Source: Octopus vulgaris (Eukaryota). From it: a DNA stretch of 64,000 nucleotides. Positions within the stretch are counted from its first letter, which is position 1; each line of letters starts with the position of its first letter. A program made the position numbers and the translations under genes. The stretch covers positions 40,982,001-41,046,000 of the forward strand of contig OX597823.1 in NCBI GenBank assembly GCA_951406725.2, read 5' to 3'. Under the pieces are notes generated by a model. The model searched no databases, was not told where the DNA came from, and saw nothing but the letters and a program-made list of their open reading frames with translations. Shown here piece by piece: positions 14,409 through 28,387 of this stretch.

Positions 14409-15825
14409 AACACCCTCTATATACAGAGTATTTATGTATAGTGTTTTAAAGTGTTGGTTGATTTCATATCTGTTGTCTGCTTTTTAATGCTTTGTTCCGT
14501 CACACACATACCATTGCCTATTGTCAATTTTCATTTAAGCAGCCATCTCATACCTGCATTTAAAACTGGAGTTCAGGCAAAAATTCCATCTGAGCATTTT
14601 TATCTTGCATCATTTCACATCGTATTACCCTCGCTTGATTATATATAAATAAACTTTTTTAATGGAAAGGTTGATAGTGACGAAAACTTCGGTTTGCTTG
14701 ACTTCATCACAGGACGCACTTTACTTGGGTTCATTTTCGCTATGTCAGTCATAATTGTGATGTAAGTAGACAGTGAAGTAACTGTGTAGGAAGTGGGAAT
14801 TAGGAAATGTTCGTAGGATATGGGTTGATAGAAATGTTTGGTGAGGAGATTTAATTTGGTATGATGATAGAATGTTTTTATCATTTAGGATTCAATCAGG
14901 CGTGTAAATAAATATAAACAAATGTAACAAATTTAAGTTACGATATTCTTTGTGAAGAATACTGCGCTATTTGCTGTGCATTGTCAAATGAAGCTTGTAA
15001 GATCTGTTAAACTTCTAAATCAGGCGTGAATGTAGATCTTCGTTTGAAGGATTCTTTGGTCTGGTATATCATTTTAAGCTCATGTTCTGTTTTCTATCCC
15101 TATATTTGACCTCTACTTCAAAAACGATTGCCTCGGGGTTACATAGTCCATTTAGGAAACATGGCATATTGCAACGGTATGAATATCCACAATGTAGACA
15201 TATGTGATCTCAAAACGGACTGTTCGTCTTTGACGAGTAGAGATGAAGATGGAACCATCTCTAAACATGTTCATGGGCACACATTCAATTGGTCAAGAAA
15301 AGAAATTACAAACAAGTTCAAATCCCAGGCCTGAAAATTATATCAGACACTAACCTGAAAAAACCAAATTTACTGGAGTTTATTGTAGACCTTAGTACTG
15401 AATTCTCACATAAGCGCAATTATACTGCGGAGATGCAAGAATTCTGTGCTATGACGGTTGAATGGAATATGTAACACCAAGTCCATCGTTTATGGGGTAA
15501 TGAACAAATCTAAGACTAGGAACGAGAACACAAACCTAAAATTAACGCAATTTTTGCCACTCCAAATCCCATCGCCATTTCTCTCATTTTCAATATAATT
15601 CTCATTGCAAACGTCAGTCACATCGTGGCTGTTACTTGCGACGAGATGGTAGAAATCGTTGGCGAATCGGTAAACACACTTGGAGACATTTTTTTCCTGA
15701 TCTTTACGTACAATGATAACTTTTTCTTTCATCCTTTCGAGGTCGATAAAATAAAGTACCAGTCGATTACTAAAACTAACTCCAACCCCTAAAAATTGCT
15801 GCCTTTGTACCAAAATTTGAAACGG

Positions 15826-16049
<224 letters not shown>

Positions 16050-16050
<1 letters not shown>

Positions 16051-16960
16051 CTTTCTTTATTCGCCACAAGGGCCGAACACAAAAACATATAGTTTTTTTT
16101 AAAACAAGTAGGGTTTAAAACAGAAAGCGTGTAAACAATAAAAACAGAAAAAAATAGTTAAAAACAAAAATGAAACAACAAAATTATCCAATAGAAGGAG
16201 GTCCACCCAGGGCCAACCAGGCACCCCACACATCCCGGTCACCCCGACTGCCAAGGACACGTCAGGTAGGTACCCCTTTTCTCAACTACTCCGGCTTACA
16301 GACGAATATTCAGAGTAGGCTTATTCACGCGAGCCATTTTCGCAACATCCACCCACTTTTTGATAAACTTACCGGTTGGGGTGGGGGAAGAACTTTCGTC
16401 CCTATCATCACTTTCCTTTTCAAGTGGCACCCGAAGAGGAAAGTGTCTGTCTCCAGTCCTGTCAGTCTCGTCCACTACACTACCTTCTTCGCTATAGCGA
16501 CCAGGCAGTAGAAAACTGCCTTTCCCTCCCAGCCAAGAGCGATACTCACAATAGACTCGGTTTATAAGCGGATCCGTCCTACACGTGACAACAGCTGTTC
16601 GACAAAGCTCCGCAAGTCAGTAATGTACGGACACTGGACGAGTGCATGCAGGACGGTTTCATCGCCCTACGCACACCTCTTTTCTTTCACCAATCATGGT
16701 GGGGAGGACGGGGAAGTTCTCGTACGCAAATTACCGTACGACTTTCCTTTCTCACTCCCGCTTTTCGTCGCCATCTTAATGTTTACTTTCTTCGAAGCAA
16801 ATTTTCGAAGTAATTTGAAAATAAAAAGGTTTACATCGCCCACAAAATGGGGTTTGGTTAACAAACGTCAGTTCCCGCCCCAACCCGCAGAAGGGCAGCT
16901 GGCTTGCAAAACGATTTAAGCAACAAAATACAGTATAGAACCTTTTAAACAAGTGAATTA
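16050..16960 (-). mobile_element. L1/Tx1-like LINE remnant (ORF2 C-terminal zinc-knuckle region plus 3' UTR)
   Basis: Minus strand from about 16667 reads DETVLHALVQCP...VFYCLVAIAKKVV*WTR, the ExxxHxxxxC half of the CCHC knuckle. A T-rich 3' UTR runs into (ATT)n. Confidence 0.6.
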
Positions 16961-17274
16961 GTCATAAACTTACAGCACTCCAAAAACACACCTTCAGCTG
17001 TGGTGACAACAACAACAACAACAACAATAATAATAATAGTTATATTAATGATAATAATGATGATGATGATGATGTAATGATGATGATGATGACGATGATG
17101 ATTACGATGATGATGGTGAGGATGATGACGACGACGAGGACGATGATGATGATGATGATACTGATGATATTATTATTATGAGAGAGAGCAGTGCATGCCA
17201 TCAAAGTGACACTGGGGTAAAATATACGAAGCCCAGTATACCCATCATGACTATTATTATTATTATTATTATTA

Positions 17275-17688
17275 TTCTGTTTGACTTTTGCTTTATATTT
17301 GTACAAGTTGGCTCCAAGTCTCACCCAGAGACCTCAAGAGACAACAGGTTGGAAGTTCATGTTGTTGTTATGCCGAGTGTGCCATATATTTGGGGGTGGG
17401 AGTTGGTGTTGTACTAATGAATGTCTAATAAAAATTTTTTTTTTTTTTTAAAACCGAAAATTATGTTTGTTTTAAACCTTGAGATTACATAGAAAGTATT
17501 TTGCGTAGGATACGAGCAGTTCCCATGAGCACTATCTTTTGAATTTCTGCCATTTTGGGGTTTCCTGGTATCTGAGTTAGGTAGCTATCAGCCCCTTTTG
17601 CTATCATTCCCAGAGCACCTATGACAACAGGTATTGTTTTAGTCTTCAGGTTCCACATTTTGCTGATTTCTATTTCAAGATCTTTATT
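17275..17688 (-). mobile_element. 5'-truncated R4/Dong-like (RLE-type) non-LTR retrotransposon 3' end inserted in (ATT)n
   Basis: 17685-17485 encodes KDLEIEISKMWNLKTKTIPVVIGALGMIAKG...IQKIVLMGTARILRKILSM*, a typical RLE C-terminus. (TAA)n lies on both flanks. Confidence 0.8.
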
Positions 17689-17817
17689 ATTATTATTATT
17701 ATTATTCAGTAGTTTTATTTTTATAGCGTGCTTTCACTTCACTACCGAGCGCAGCTCTGTGTGCCTTGGGTATGTGTTGTGATTTGTTGTGATGCTCTGA
17801 TGGTTATTGTGCATCAT

Positions 17818-18007
<190 letters not shown>

Positions 18008-18794
18008 CACCGGTCAGTGACATCAAATTTTACCACCACCGTGAGCTGCTGGTAAAGGTGGCTTCTATCACCTTCTTCCTCATCATCATCTTCACTACCA
18101 TCGTTACTGCAAGCAACAACCCTAGCAATAAAAATTTTATCCGTCCCAGCTGCATCATCGTCGTCGTCGTCGTCATCATCATCATCATTATTATCAACTA
18201 TATTTCCATCATAATTATTATCATCACCGCTTCCTCTTCCTTCTCATCATTACTCCACTAATCCCCACCCTCAGCATTGCCATCGTCGTAGTAGCAATTC
18301 TCAAAGTCTTCTGTACGAAGAAGAAAAAAAACCTATAGGCGCCATTTTGACGCCATCAGTTAGAAGTCAGATCTAATATTTGTGAGTCATATTGTTGAAG
18401 AATGGGAGTTAGTGTGTCAAAAGTTCAAACTATCGACACGATATATAGCAACTGATTCAGCTTTTTACCATTTTATGCCAAGCGAGGACCAAACGGGATG
18501 TGCAATAATCAAGCAAGACTTCCATTTGTTTTTCTGTTTTTGTTTGTTTTTTTTTTGCTTTTAAATGTAAAAGTAATCCACGTATACACACGCACACAAG
18601 AATATTTAGAGCAATAATCAATGTATATGAGAAATGAGTGCGTTTATACATACATGCATACATACATACATACATACATACATACATACATTCAGACATA
18701 CATACATATATGTGTGTACGTACGTATATGTATATATATATATATATATATTGATATAGAAATATAGATAGATAGATAGATAGATAGATAGATG

Positions 18795-18838
<44 letters not shown>

Positions 18839-19102
18839 CATGTATATATAGAGAGAGAAAAAGAGAGAGAGAGAAAGAGAAAGGGAAAGAGACAGTGTGA
18901 GTATATATAGTATATATACACGTATTTATATACAATTATGCGTATATTTACATAAATAAATACTCTACACTTACGCGCACGTGTATAGACTCACACGCAC
19001 ACACACGCAAAAATACACATATGTACAAATCCCGTGTCTGAAATACGCACAGTCATCTCTCACATACACATCGATTATTTGTCTACAGTTTCCTGTATGC
19101 AT

Positions 19103-19150
<48 letters not shown>

Positions 19151-19328
19151 GCACACGCGCACACACACATATGTATACATAAAGTCAAATATGACAGAGA
19201 AATAGTTACATGAAATTTTATTGTACAATAAGAAAACTCAAATATCACGATAAATTGTTTCGTAGCTTAAATTCTACATTAGCATCAAAGATATTTTATA
19301 TTTTGCATGCAAATATATACATATACGT

Positions 19329-19382
<54 letters not shown>

Positions 19383-20514
19383 ATGTATGTATGTATGTAT
19401 GTATGTATGTATGTATGTTTGTTGCAGAAGGCGTCCAAGAGTCTTAGAAAAGTTTCAAAACCGTCAGTTCAGAACCAAATGAAAATTCATTAATGAATAA
19501 CGACAGGAACCATAATGTGTCGGTAATAAATAGAGCTGAAAAAGCAAGATGAACTGGTTTATTAAGAGCGTGGTTGCCTCTAAGCACATTTGTGAACGTA
19601 CATATATTCATATATATTGCTACATTGAAATATATTAAGACCTCCGTTTGAAAAGTATCACGAATGAATTGTACTAAGGCAACTTCGTCATATATGTTTG
19701 TTGACAAAAGTTTTTTTTCTGTCTTATAAGAGTAATAATACCTTCAGCTGTTTTCACGGCTATACAGCTTTCGAAATATTACATTCTTTTCTGTACAAAA
19801 CAATATTATTAGAATTATTTACTTCGTTTTAATAATTTAACTGCAGCTGAGTTGGGGTGCTGCCTTGAAGGAGTCAATTGGCAAAATTGATCTCAGTATT
19901 TGTCTTAAGTCCGATGCTTTTCTTATCGTGAACCGCTATATTACAGTGACGTAAACAAACCTACAACAGTTGTGAAGCTGTAGAGGGTCGAACACAGAGA
20001 TGCACATACACCCACTCTCTCTTTCTCTCTCTCTCCCTCTCACACACATACGCACAATCACACACACAGATATACATGTAGAATGAGCTTCAAAAGTGTT
20101 CCCTGCTACTAAATTCACCCACATATGCATACCTACATACATACTATATAAATACAACCATTCTTATATATAAACATGCACACGCTCGCGAGCGCACACG
20201 CATACGCATACACGCATACGCATACACGCATCTTGTAAATGCTATGAGTGGCAAGTACTAGTTCTATGCATTTAAATATCAGAACAATGAGTGGTTAAAT
20301 GTATTTTTATTACTCTTTCCACAATTCAAGAACACAACCTCTTTAACAGTATTATAGTTCACGTATATAATAATATATTCACGAGTCGATGCGGGCAGCA
20401 GTGACTGAGTAAAACTAAAGAAAATTTAGATCAGTTCAAATATATATATATATATATGTATATTGGTTTTAAGTTTATATGATTATATAACTAAATCTAT
20501 TTCCATTCGATGAC

Positions 20515-20900
<386 letters not shown>

Positions 20901-21657
20901 AGACTGACAGATTTATGGACGTGGAAATAAAGTTACATTCATATAAATATCAACATCACACGTCGTCGCATTGTCTCCTCCATTGGTTTGCACTTTCTTT
21001 ACTCTACAGTTAGCTGGAAATTAATTCACGCTCCCATGCATGTGTCTGTCTATTCACACACACACACACACACGGAGTTCGTTTCTCTTTTGGAAGAACA
21101 TGACACGAAATACTCTTTCCCAATATTGTTTGTTGCTGTTCTCGTTATAGTCATAGATGTCTTCGCCTAAAGTCAGACATGATCAAAGACATTCATAATG
21201 AAATTCATTCTACTCATAGTAACTTTCCTTTTCCTTTTCCTCTTCCTTATCTGTTCAATATAGTTTATCTAGGACTACATTATCTGATGTGTTCATTATC
21301 TTTTTAAAGACAATAAAAGAATTGCAGGTAAACTGGTTGCTGTTTCTAAAAACGGTTGATAACAGCATCGAAACCCACTTAGTTCAAATCTTTCTACCTC
21401 TGCTCTAATGTGTGCGTAAAGGAGATATTAAGCAGTTAATGAACATAAATATTCAATGCTAAAGCTCGAAGAAGGTACCACACAAACTCCATTGTTATCA
21501 ACATCAACATCAGCATCAACAACAGAAGCAATATAACAATTAAACAATATTTCTGATTGTTGCTGGACGGAAACACATTGCCCTTTTTTTCATACTACAG
21601 ATGAACATATAGACCTTCTTTGCAAAGTAATGACAAAAAGGGGTACATTTGATGTGT

Positions 21658-21770
<113 letters not shown>

Positions 21771-21796
21771 TAATAATAATGATAATAATAATAATA

Positions 21797-22318
21797 GGCT
21801 CTCGTGGCTTCTGATCTTAACTGATTGGATGTGTTATCATGTACATTCTTTTGTCTTGGTATAAAAGATGGACTTCAGCAAATATTCTGTTCAATACCAC
21901 GGATTTGCTTGTCAGTTGTTTGACCTTAACCAGTTGAACATGTCCCTTAGTGGCTCACGATATGTGCATCTCTGGTCACAAGCAGAAGTAGTGGGGGAGC
22001 ATCATAACCATGTGTTGAGAGGGATTCTTTGGAGTTTGAATATTTCACCTCTGGAAACATAGGTGTTTCGTTCAACATCCTTAAACAAGATGTTTGAGCG
22101 GGATTGGCTACTCGACCAGAAGAAAATTCTAACTAGGCCCCACCTGCAAGGTCATGTGCTGTTTATTTTGATATGAGATCATCATGACGCACACATATGG
22201 TTGTGATGCATGTGACTAGTGTACCCTTATCAGACGGGTAGTCATGATGGGTATACTGGGCTTTGTATATTTTTACCCCAATGTCACTTTGATGGCATGA
22301 TGCACTGCTCTCTTACTC

Positions 22319-22363
<45 letters not shown>

Positions 22364-22919
22364 TGCCCTGATGCAGTACCAGGCATTGGCTCTCATGGCT
22401 TCTGATCTTAACTGATTGGAAGTGTTATCATGTACATTGTTTTGTCTTGGTATAAAAGATGGGCTACAGCAAATATTCTGCTCAATACCACAGATTTGCT
22501 TGTCAGTTGTTTGACCTTAATCAGTTGAGCATGTCCCTTAGTGGCTGACAATATGTGCATCTCTGATCACGAGCAGAAGTAGTGGGGGAGCATCATAGCC
22601 ATGTGTTGAGAGGGATTCTTTGTGGTTTGAATAATTCACCTCTGGAAACATGGGTGGTTCTTTCAACATCTTTAAACAACCCTTATTCAGGGACCTTTTG
22701 AGCGGGATGGGCTACTCAACCTGAAGAAATTTCTTAACTGAGCCCCACCTGCAAGGTCATGTGCTGTTTATCTTGATATGAGATCACCATGTCGCGCACA
22801 TAAGGTTGTGATGCATGTGCCTGGTGTACCCTTATCAGACAGGTAGTCATGATGGGTATATTGGGCTTCGTATATTTTACCCCAGTGTCACTTTGATGGC
22901 ATGAACTGCTCTCTCACTC

Positions 22920-22920
<1 letters not shown>
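21797..22920. mobile_element. Two tandem copies (about 525 and 555 bp) of a (TAA)n-associated interspersed repeat
   Basis: 21797-22320 aligns with 22363-22920, and each is bounded by (AAT)n. The terminal 80 bp or so also occurs inverted at 17170-17252. Confidence 0.85.
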
Positions 22921-22974
<54 letters not shown>

Positions 22975-23021
22975 TTTTCTTAAGTAACCAGAAGATGGAT
23001 TTGGTATTAATCTTTATTTTC

Positions 23022-23121
23022 TACAACGGTCGTTTCGACCCATCCTGCTACTGTCCCTTATAGGTGGGACTCCGTTCGACATGTGTTGCATCCACTTTGC
23101 AGTCTGGGTTTCATCAGGTAC
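23022..23121 (-). ncRNA. Type-I hammerhead ribozyme motif with extended stem II
   Basis: Minus strand reads TAC-CTGATGA-AACCCA-GA-CTGC...GCAG-GA-TGGGTC-GAA-ACG(AC)CGT-T-GTA, with an internal GTCCC/GGGAC hairpin. Confidence 0.6.
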
Positions 23122-23253
23122 ATCCATACATAAGCGTGAGTCTCGCCAAAGATCCTAAACTTTGGTTGTCATGTTGTTATATTCCCGTCTGGTTAGGGAA
23201 TGAAACATATCTACAGTTTTCAATTACTGTTATCTGACAAAATTCCGAACTAA

Positions 23254-23308
23254 AATTTGCCAGTGAACAGGTCGCGGTTTCAAAGCGACGAAAATATTTT
23301 GGCAAATT
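23254..23308 (+). ncRNA. Minimal hammerhead ribozyme motif, G3:C8 core variant
   Basis: AATTTGCCA-GTGAACA-G-GTCGC(GGTTTCAAA)GCGAC-GAA-AATATT-T-TGGCAAATT: a perfect 9-bp stem I, a 5-bp stem II and a palindromic stem III. Confidence 0.7.
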
Positions 23309-23442
23309 AAATTTAAATGTTGAAGTGAATCTAACGGTTTTTGTATGTTTCCTAAATGGCTTATAAACACCTTCCACGTTGCAATTGTTTTCGTTCCAGC
23401 ACACACCGATATCAGGTCACTTGCTATGCAAGTACATCTCCG

Positions 23443-23506
<64 letters not shown>

Positions 23507-23510
<4 letters not shown>

Positions 23511-23846
23511 ATATTTCGGGGTAGTCATTTTTTAATATTCATTTTTTCTTAACAAATTAGCACGCGCTCTATTATATCCATTCTTTAGTCATTTAATATT
23601 GTTCTTTCGTCACACACCTGTAACTTCTTCAGCGACGGCACGCAGCATAGGGGCTGAAGAGGTCACTGGTGTGTGACGAAAGATTTCCGGACGATGGACA
23701 TAAGATAAAATAAGAACAATAATAAACGAATGAAAGGATGTATAGTGCGTGTGCTTTTGGGGGCAGAAAAAATTGCCGTCCCGAAATATAACAATCCCTG
23801 TTCCAACATACGTTTTCGTATCAGGAATTTTGCAATACAAATTCAT
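23507..23846. mobile_element. Head-to-head pair of short pLTR fragments related to the main PLE, each with a hammerhead-like motif
   Basis: Minus arm 23507-23633 has CTGAAGA-A-GTTACA(GGTG)TGTGAC-GAAAG and ends in MTTPKYNN. Plus arm 23650-23846 has CTGAAGA-G-GTCAC..GTGAC-GAAAG and reads VPKYNNPCSNIRFRIRNFAIQI, versus MTIPKYNNICFNTRLHIKNLAQQI in the main element. Confidence 0.8.
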
Positions 23847-24259
23847 ATACATACTTACATACATAAGTGTGTGTGTGTGGTGTGTATGTGTGTGTGTTAT
23901 GGGAATGTATATGTATATGCTTGTATATGTAGGTATGTATATGCATGTATATATTTTCTCAACATGCGTTTATGTATAAACCTCATGTTGTTTGACCTAC
24001 TTAGAAAACGACATGAAAAGACCTGATTGCTGAGAAGCCATAACAGGCAAACATAGCGTCAGAACACAAATATAGTTAAGTCCTTACATATGTAACAGAA
24101 TGAATCGAAGAAACTTCGCTAAACTGAAATTATTGATACAATTAGTAAACAAACTTTCCGAAGAGTTACTGATGCATGCGTGATCCTTGCTCCCTTTATA
24201 AACATAATAAAATGTGAAGGATGTAGTACAAGTTGGTAGGTCAAATCTGTACCAAGCAA

Positions 24260-24294
<35 letters not shown>

Positions 24295-24458
24295 AGTACA
24301 TACACATGTCATAACAGGAATATGATGGAGACAGAGAAGAGTGGGTTGTCGTCGAATCGATTTAGCTAACTGAACTATTTCAGCTCAACTTTCTTGCCAA
24401 TCTAGTAGCATTTAAGGCTTAGATATGATATATTAAATATATAGCAAAAGCAAAAGCA

Positions 24459-24507
<49 letters not shown>

Positions 24508-24924
24508 CAAACAACAACAACGACAACAATGAAATGCAATAAAAAAATGATAGTTCCATCAGAACTGACACAAAATCCCTCGTATATGTCTGTTTGGAAA
24601 TTTCCCTGAGACATAAACATGGTATTTTTTTCTTAGAGCTTGGAGGAGGCGGATGAGTAGCAGAAGAAGTGATGGTATTAAGGGTAGTGATATATTTGTG
24701 GTGATAGTGATGGTAGAGGGGTGATAGTACTAGAAGGAGGATTAGCAGTAGTAGTAATGGTTCTAGGGATAGTGGTGATAGTAGCATGGTAAGTACTAGC
24801 AGGTGTAATAGTGGAGGAGTGATGGCAGTAGTAGTAGTAGTAGTAGTAGTACTAGTAGTAGTAGGAGGAGGAGGAGGAGGAAGCAGCAGCAGGAGCAACA
24901 ACGACTGTCATAGTCGCTGTACGT

Positions 24925-25085
24925 ATCGTTGTAAGGTGCGGGGGACCTCGCTGTGCAATCACGCCCTTTCGTGTTCAGTCTCACAGCACCTTGGTCAAGT
25001 GTCTTCACATATAGCTCCGGGTCAACCAATGAACCAATTGCTGTGAGGGAATTTGGTAGACGGGACTCTGAGGAAGCCAGTCCTA
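24925..25085 (+). mobile_element. Degenerate SINE head (same family as 818-957)
   Basis: CACCTTGGTCAAGTGTCTTC...GAATTTGGTAGACGGGACTCTGAGGAAGCC followed by (TA)n. Confidence 0.55.
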
Positions 25086-25111
25086 TATATATTTATATAT
25101 ATATATATATA

Positions 25112-25155
<44 letters not shown>

Positions 25156-25699
25156 CATACATACATACATACATACAAAAATACATACATTCATACATAC
25201 ATACATACTCGCATGTATATATACAAACAGCACACACTTCACACTTACGCGTAGGTAAATGGATCGAATCCTTACGGTTCCAAAGCGAATATCTTAAACA
25301 GTCTGACATACATATAACGGAACATACACTTATATGCATGTACACAGCTATATACAGGTACACATTTTAATCACGTGATTAAGAAGTATGTATTCCTATC
25401 AGCTCATTCAGGGTTTTATCGCAATGGGCGACATCTTGGATACGTTTTATGCCATGACTGTGTGCCTGAAACTGAGCAGACAAAGTATGGAAGTCGATCA
25501 AATTAAGGAGTTGGTAAACCTAAATCTCTGTCTGGATTAAAATCAACCCTTGGTCATTTGGCGCTTTTAACAAGGTCTATTTAGATCTAGGGTTCTGGAC
25601 GGATGCTACTGGTGTGGGTGTCTGAGGTGCGTTACCTCTTATTTTGCTTTTCGCAAATATCATCATCATCATCCTCAATTACTGGACATTACTGACGCG

Positions 25700-25905
25700 A
25701 ATCCTAAGACTTATAGCGTCGGTTGACTGGGTTCCATGACGCACAAGTGATCGAGATCACAACATCCTTCGCTGAACGGGACGCCAGTCGGTGGCAGTGT
25801 TAACTGCTGAGTTGACTGGAGCAAAGTGAAATGAAGAGCTTTGCTCAGGAACACATCGCATTGTCGTGTCCGCGAATCGACGTTTCGATCGTGCGATCGC
25901 AAATA
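25700..25905 (-). mobile_element. Degenerate SINE (family A/B-like)
   Basis: ACTGGAGCAAAGTGAAATGAAGAGCTTTGCTCAGGAACAC matches the core at 2696-2735. Confidence 0.55.
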
Positions 25906-26723
25906 CAGTAGCTCTACAAAAGTCTTGGATCAACAAAAGTTACCAGATATACATTTATTTTAGCACATTTGCCCTGACTAGCATATCTCTTCTAACTCAC
26001 TAAAAGAATAGCTGCATAGAAACAGGACGCAACAAGGCAAAAAGAACTCGCATATTTTACATGGCCGTTGGTATGAAGCTAGTAAAATTAGGCAGAATGT
26101 AATGGTGTCTTCATGTAGCTAATGGTTTATATTTTTTCTTCAGTTACCATTTTAATTTAGATAGGAGCACGTTATGTGTTTGCTGCTAAATCATTTATCA
26201 AGAATGGTGTACCTAGGAGGATTTTGGCCGCATCATTTTTTATCTTTTATTTTGACACTGATTCGAATTGACAATTTCCATTTATGTAAATTCGAAGTCG
26301 AACGATATTTTCACATGAACATTCTGCACTTCTCATTAAGAAAAGGTAATAGTATCTACGAAAAGGTAGTAGTTTCTACGAAAAGGTAATAGTTTCTTCG
26401 AAAAGGTGGTCTTTCCTCTGGCACTGAGGCTTCACATGTTTGTTTACTTGCTGGTTTATTATGTTGAGTATCCATGGATCTTGGATTACAAAGTGACCCT
26501 GTAAATTTTGATGTGATGTACGAGACCAAGATTAGCTATATCTCCTGTGATTTCCAGCACCGTTCATGAATTTAGTTATACCCAGCCCGGGTATAACATT
26601 TCTGGGGGGTGTGCAAAGCATTTTCGTGTTATGGTATATCCATTTAGCATGGAAAATCACGAATTATCTGACATATATACACGGTTATACATAGATACAT
26701 ACAAACATACATACCTACATACA

Positions 26724-26769
<46 letters not shown>

Positions 26770-26996
26770 AATTTATAAAAATATGGTAAAGTAAAAGAAT
26801 TCACTTTACCACACACCGAACTTTTCAGAAATAGCAGCCAAAAATTTGGCTATTTCTTCAACTGCAAATAAAAGTCTCCAGACAATGCATACTTTTATTT
26901 GCAGTTGAAGAAATAGCCAAATTTTTAGCTGCTATTTCTGAAAAGTTCGGTGTGTGGTAAAGTGAATTCTTTTACTTTACCATATTTTTATAAATT
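26770..26996. repeat. Near-perfect fold-back hairpin (arms about 106 bp, 15-nt loop) next to (TA)n
   Basis: 26770-26875 is the reverse complement of 26891-26996, with one visible mismatch. Confidence 0.92.
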
Positions 26997-27089
26997 AATA
27001 ATTCAAATATACCGTAAATGGTCTTTACATACCGAATACTGCTTGGTCGAATTTATTAACAATTAATTAATTCGACCCCCTTTTTTGAT

Positions 27090-27220
<131 letters not shown>

Positions 27221-27829
27221 AGTTTGTATGTATGTATGAATGCATGTATGTATGTGTAAGTGTATTGGTGTATGTTTTAGCATGCTAGATTGCGTATAGG
27301 TAAATTTTTTGTCTGTGAATGCTTATGAGATTTTTGCATGTATATATGAATACGTATCATTATATTTCCTAGAAATGTTAGTTCTTCAATGCACAAATAT
27401 TGCAACTACACACACACACACACACACACACATATGCAAATGCACATACACTCTCACATGCACACACACACACACACACTAACACGCACATTTGTAACTA
27501 TATGTAATATTCTATTTGCGCTTTTGCTTACATTTAATCATTTTCGCGTCTGCCTAGAATGACTCAAGGCACTTTATGCGTATACATGAATGAATTAGTA
27601 TTATTTATAACACTGTTGTGTTTTTCTTGTGTGTGTGTGTATGTGTGTGTGTCGGTGTGAGTATGTGCATGTGTGTACTTACGATTGTACGTGGATGAGA
27701 GTATTTTCGAATGTGGGAAAAAAATTTCATTATCTGACAAGCTGTGACGTAAAATCGTGTTTAACAAACTTTAAAACATAGATAGAACGAAGAATGTAAA
27801 AAAGGACAGGTAAACAGAACGACAGACAA

Positions 27830-27830
<1 letters not shown>

Positions 27831-27928
<98 letters not shown>

Positions 27929-27945
27929 TAGATAGATAGATTGAT
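27831..27945. repeat. (GATA)n microsatellite
   Basis: Direct inspection of the sequence. Confidence 0.95.
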
Positions 27946-28356
27946 AGGAGTGACATAGATAGAAGTTATAAAAGAAACGAAAGAAAGTATAGAAAAGAAA
28001 TAACAAAGTACAGTAGACAAACAGAAAGACTGAATCCGCCCAACATTTGAGAAGAGAATATCGAATAATTAGACTCCCCCCTCCTACTTCAGACATAAAA
28101 TCTAGGTTTTGTCGACAAGGTGTGTATTGAGGAAGCTCTACCAAATGTTACCAGATATTTTTCTTTATTTCTTCTTCTTCTTATATTTAAATGATTTATT
28201 TTTCTTTCATTGATTCCCTTAATATTTCTTTTTCCTTCAATAATTTATCTCTTTTTCTTCACTTTCTTTTCCCAACTTTCAATTTATATCCTCCTTTCAT
28301 TCGCGCTCTTTCATTCAATTATATATATATTCACACGTGTATATATATATATATAA

Positions 28357-28387
<31 letters not shown>

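Noticed and set aside
15180-15480. Possible decayed GIY-YIG tail (ISKHVHGHTFNW)
   Set aside because: The similarity is too short and degenerate to support by eye.
26340-26408. 20-bp tandem repeat (CGAAAAGGTA.TAGTTTCT) resembling an array
   Set aside because: There are three to four adjacent units with no spacers. It is an ordinary minisatellite, not CRISPR.
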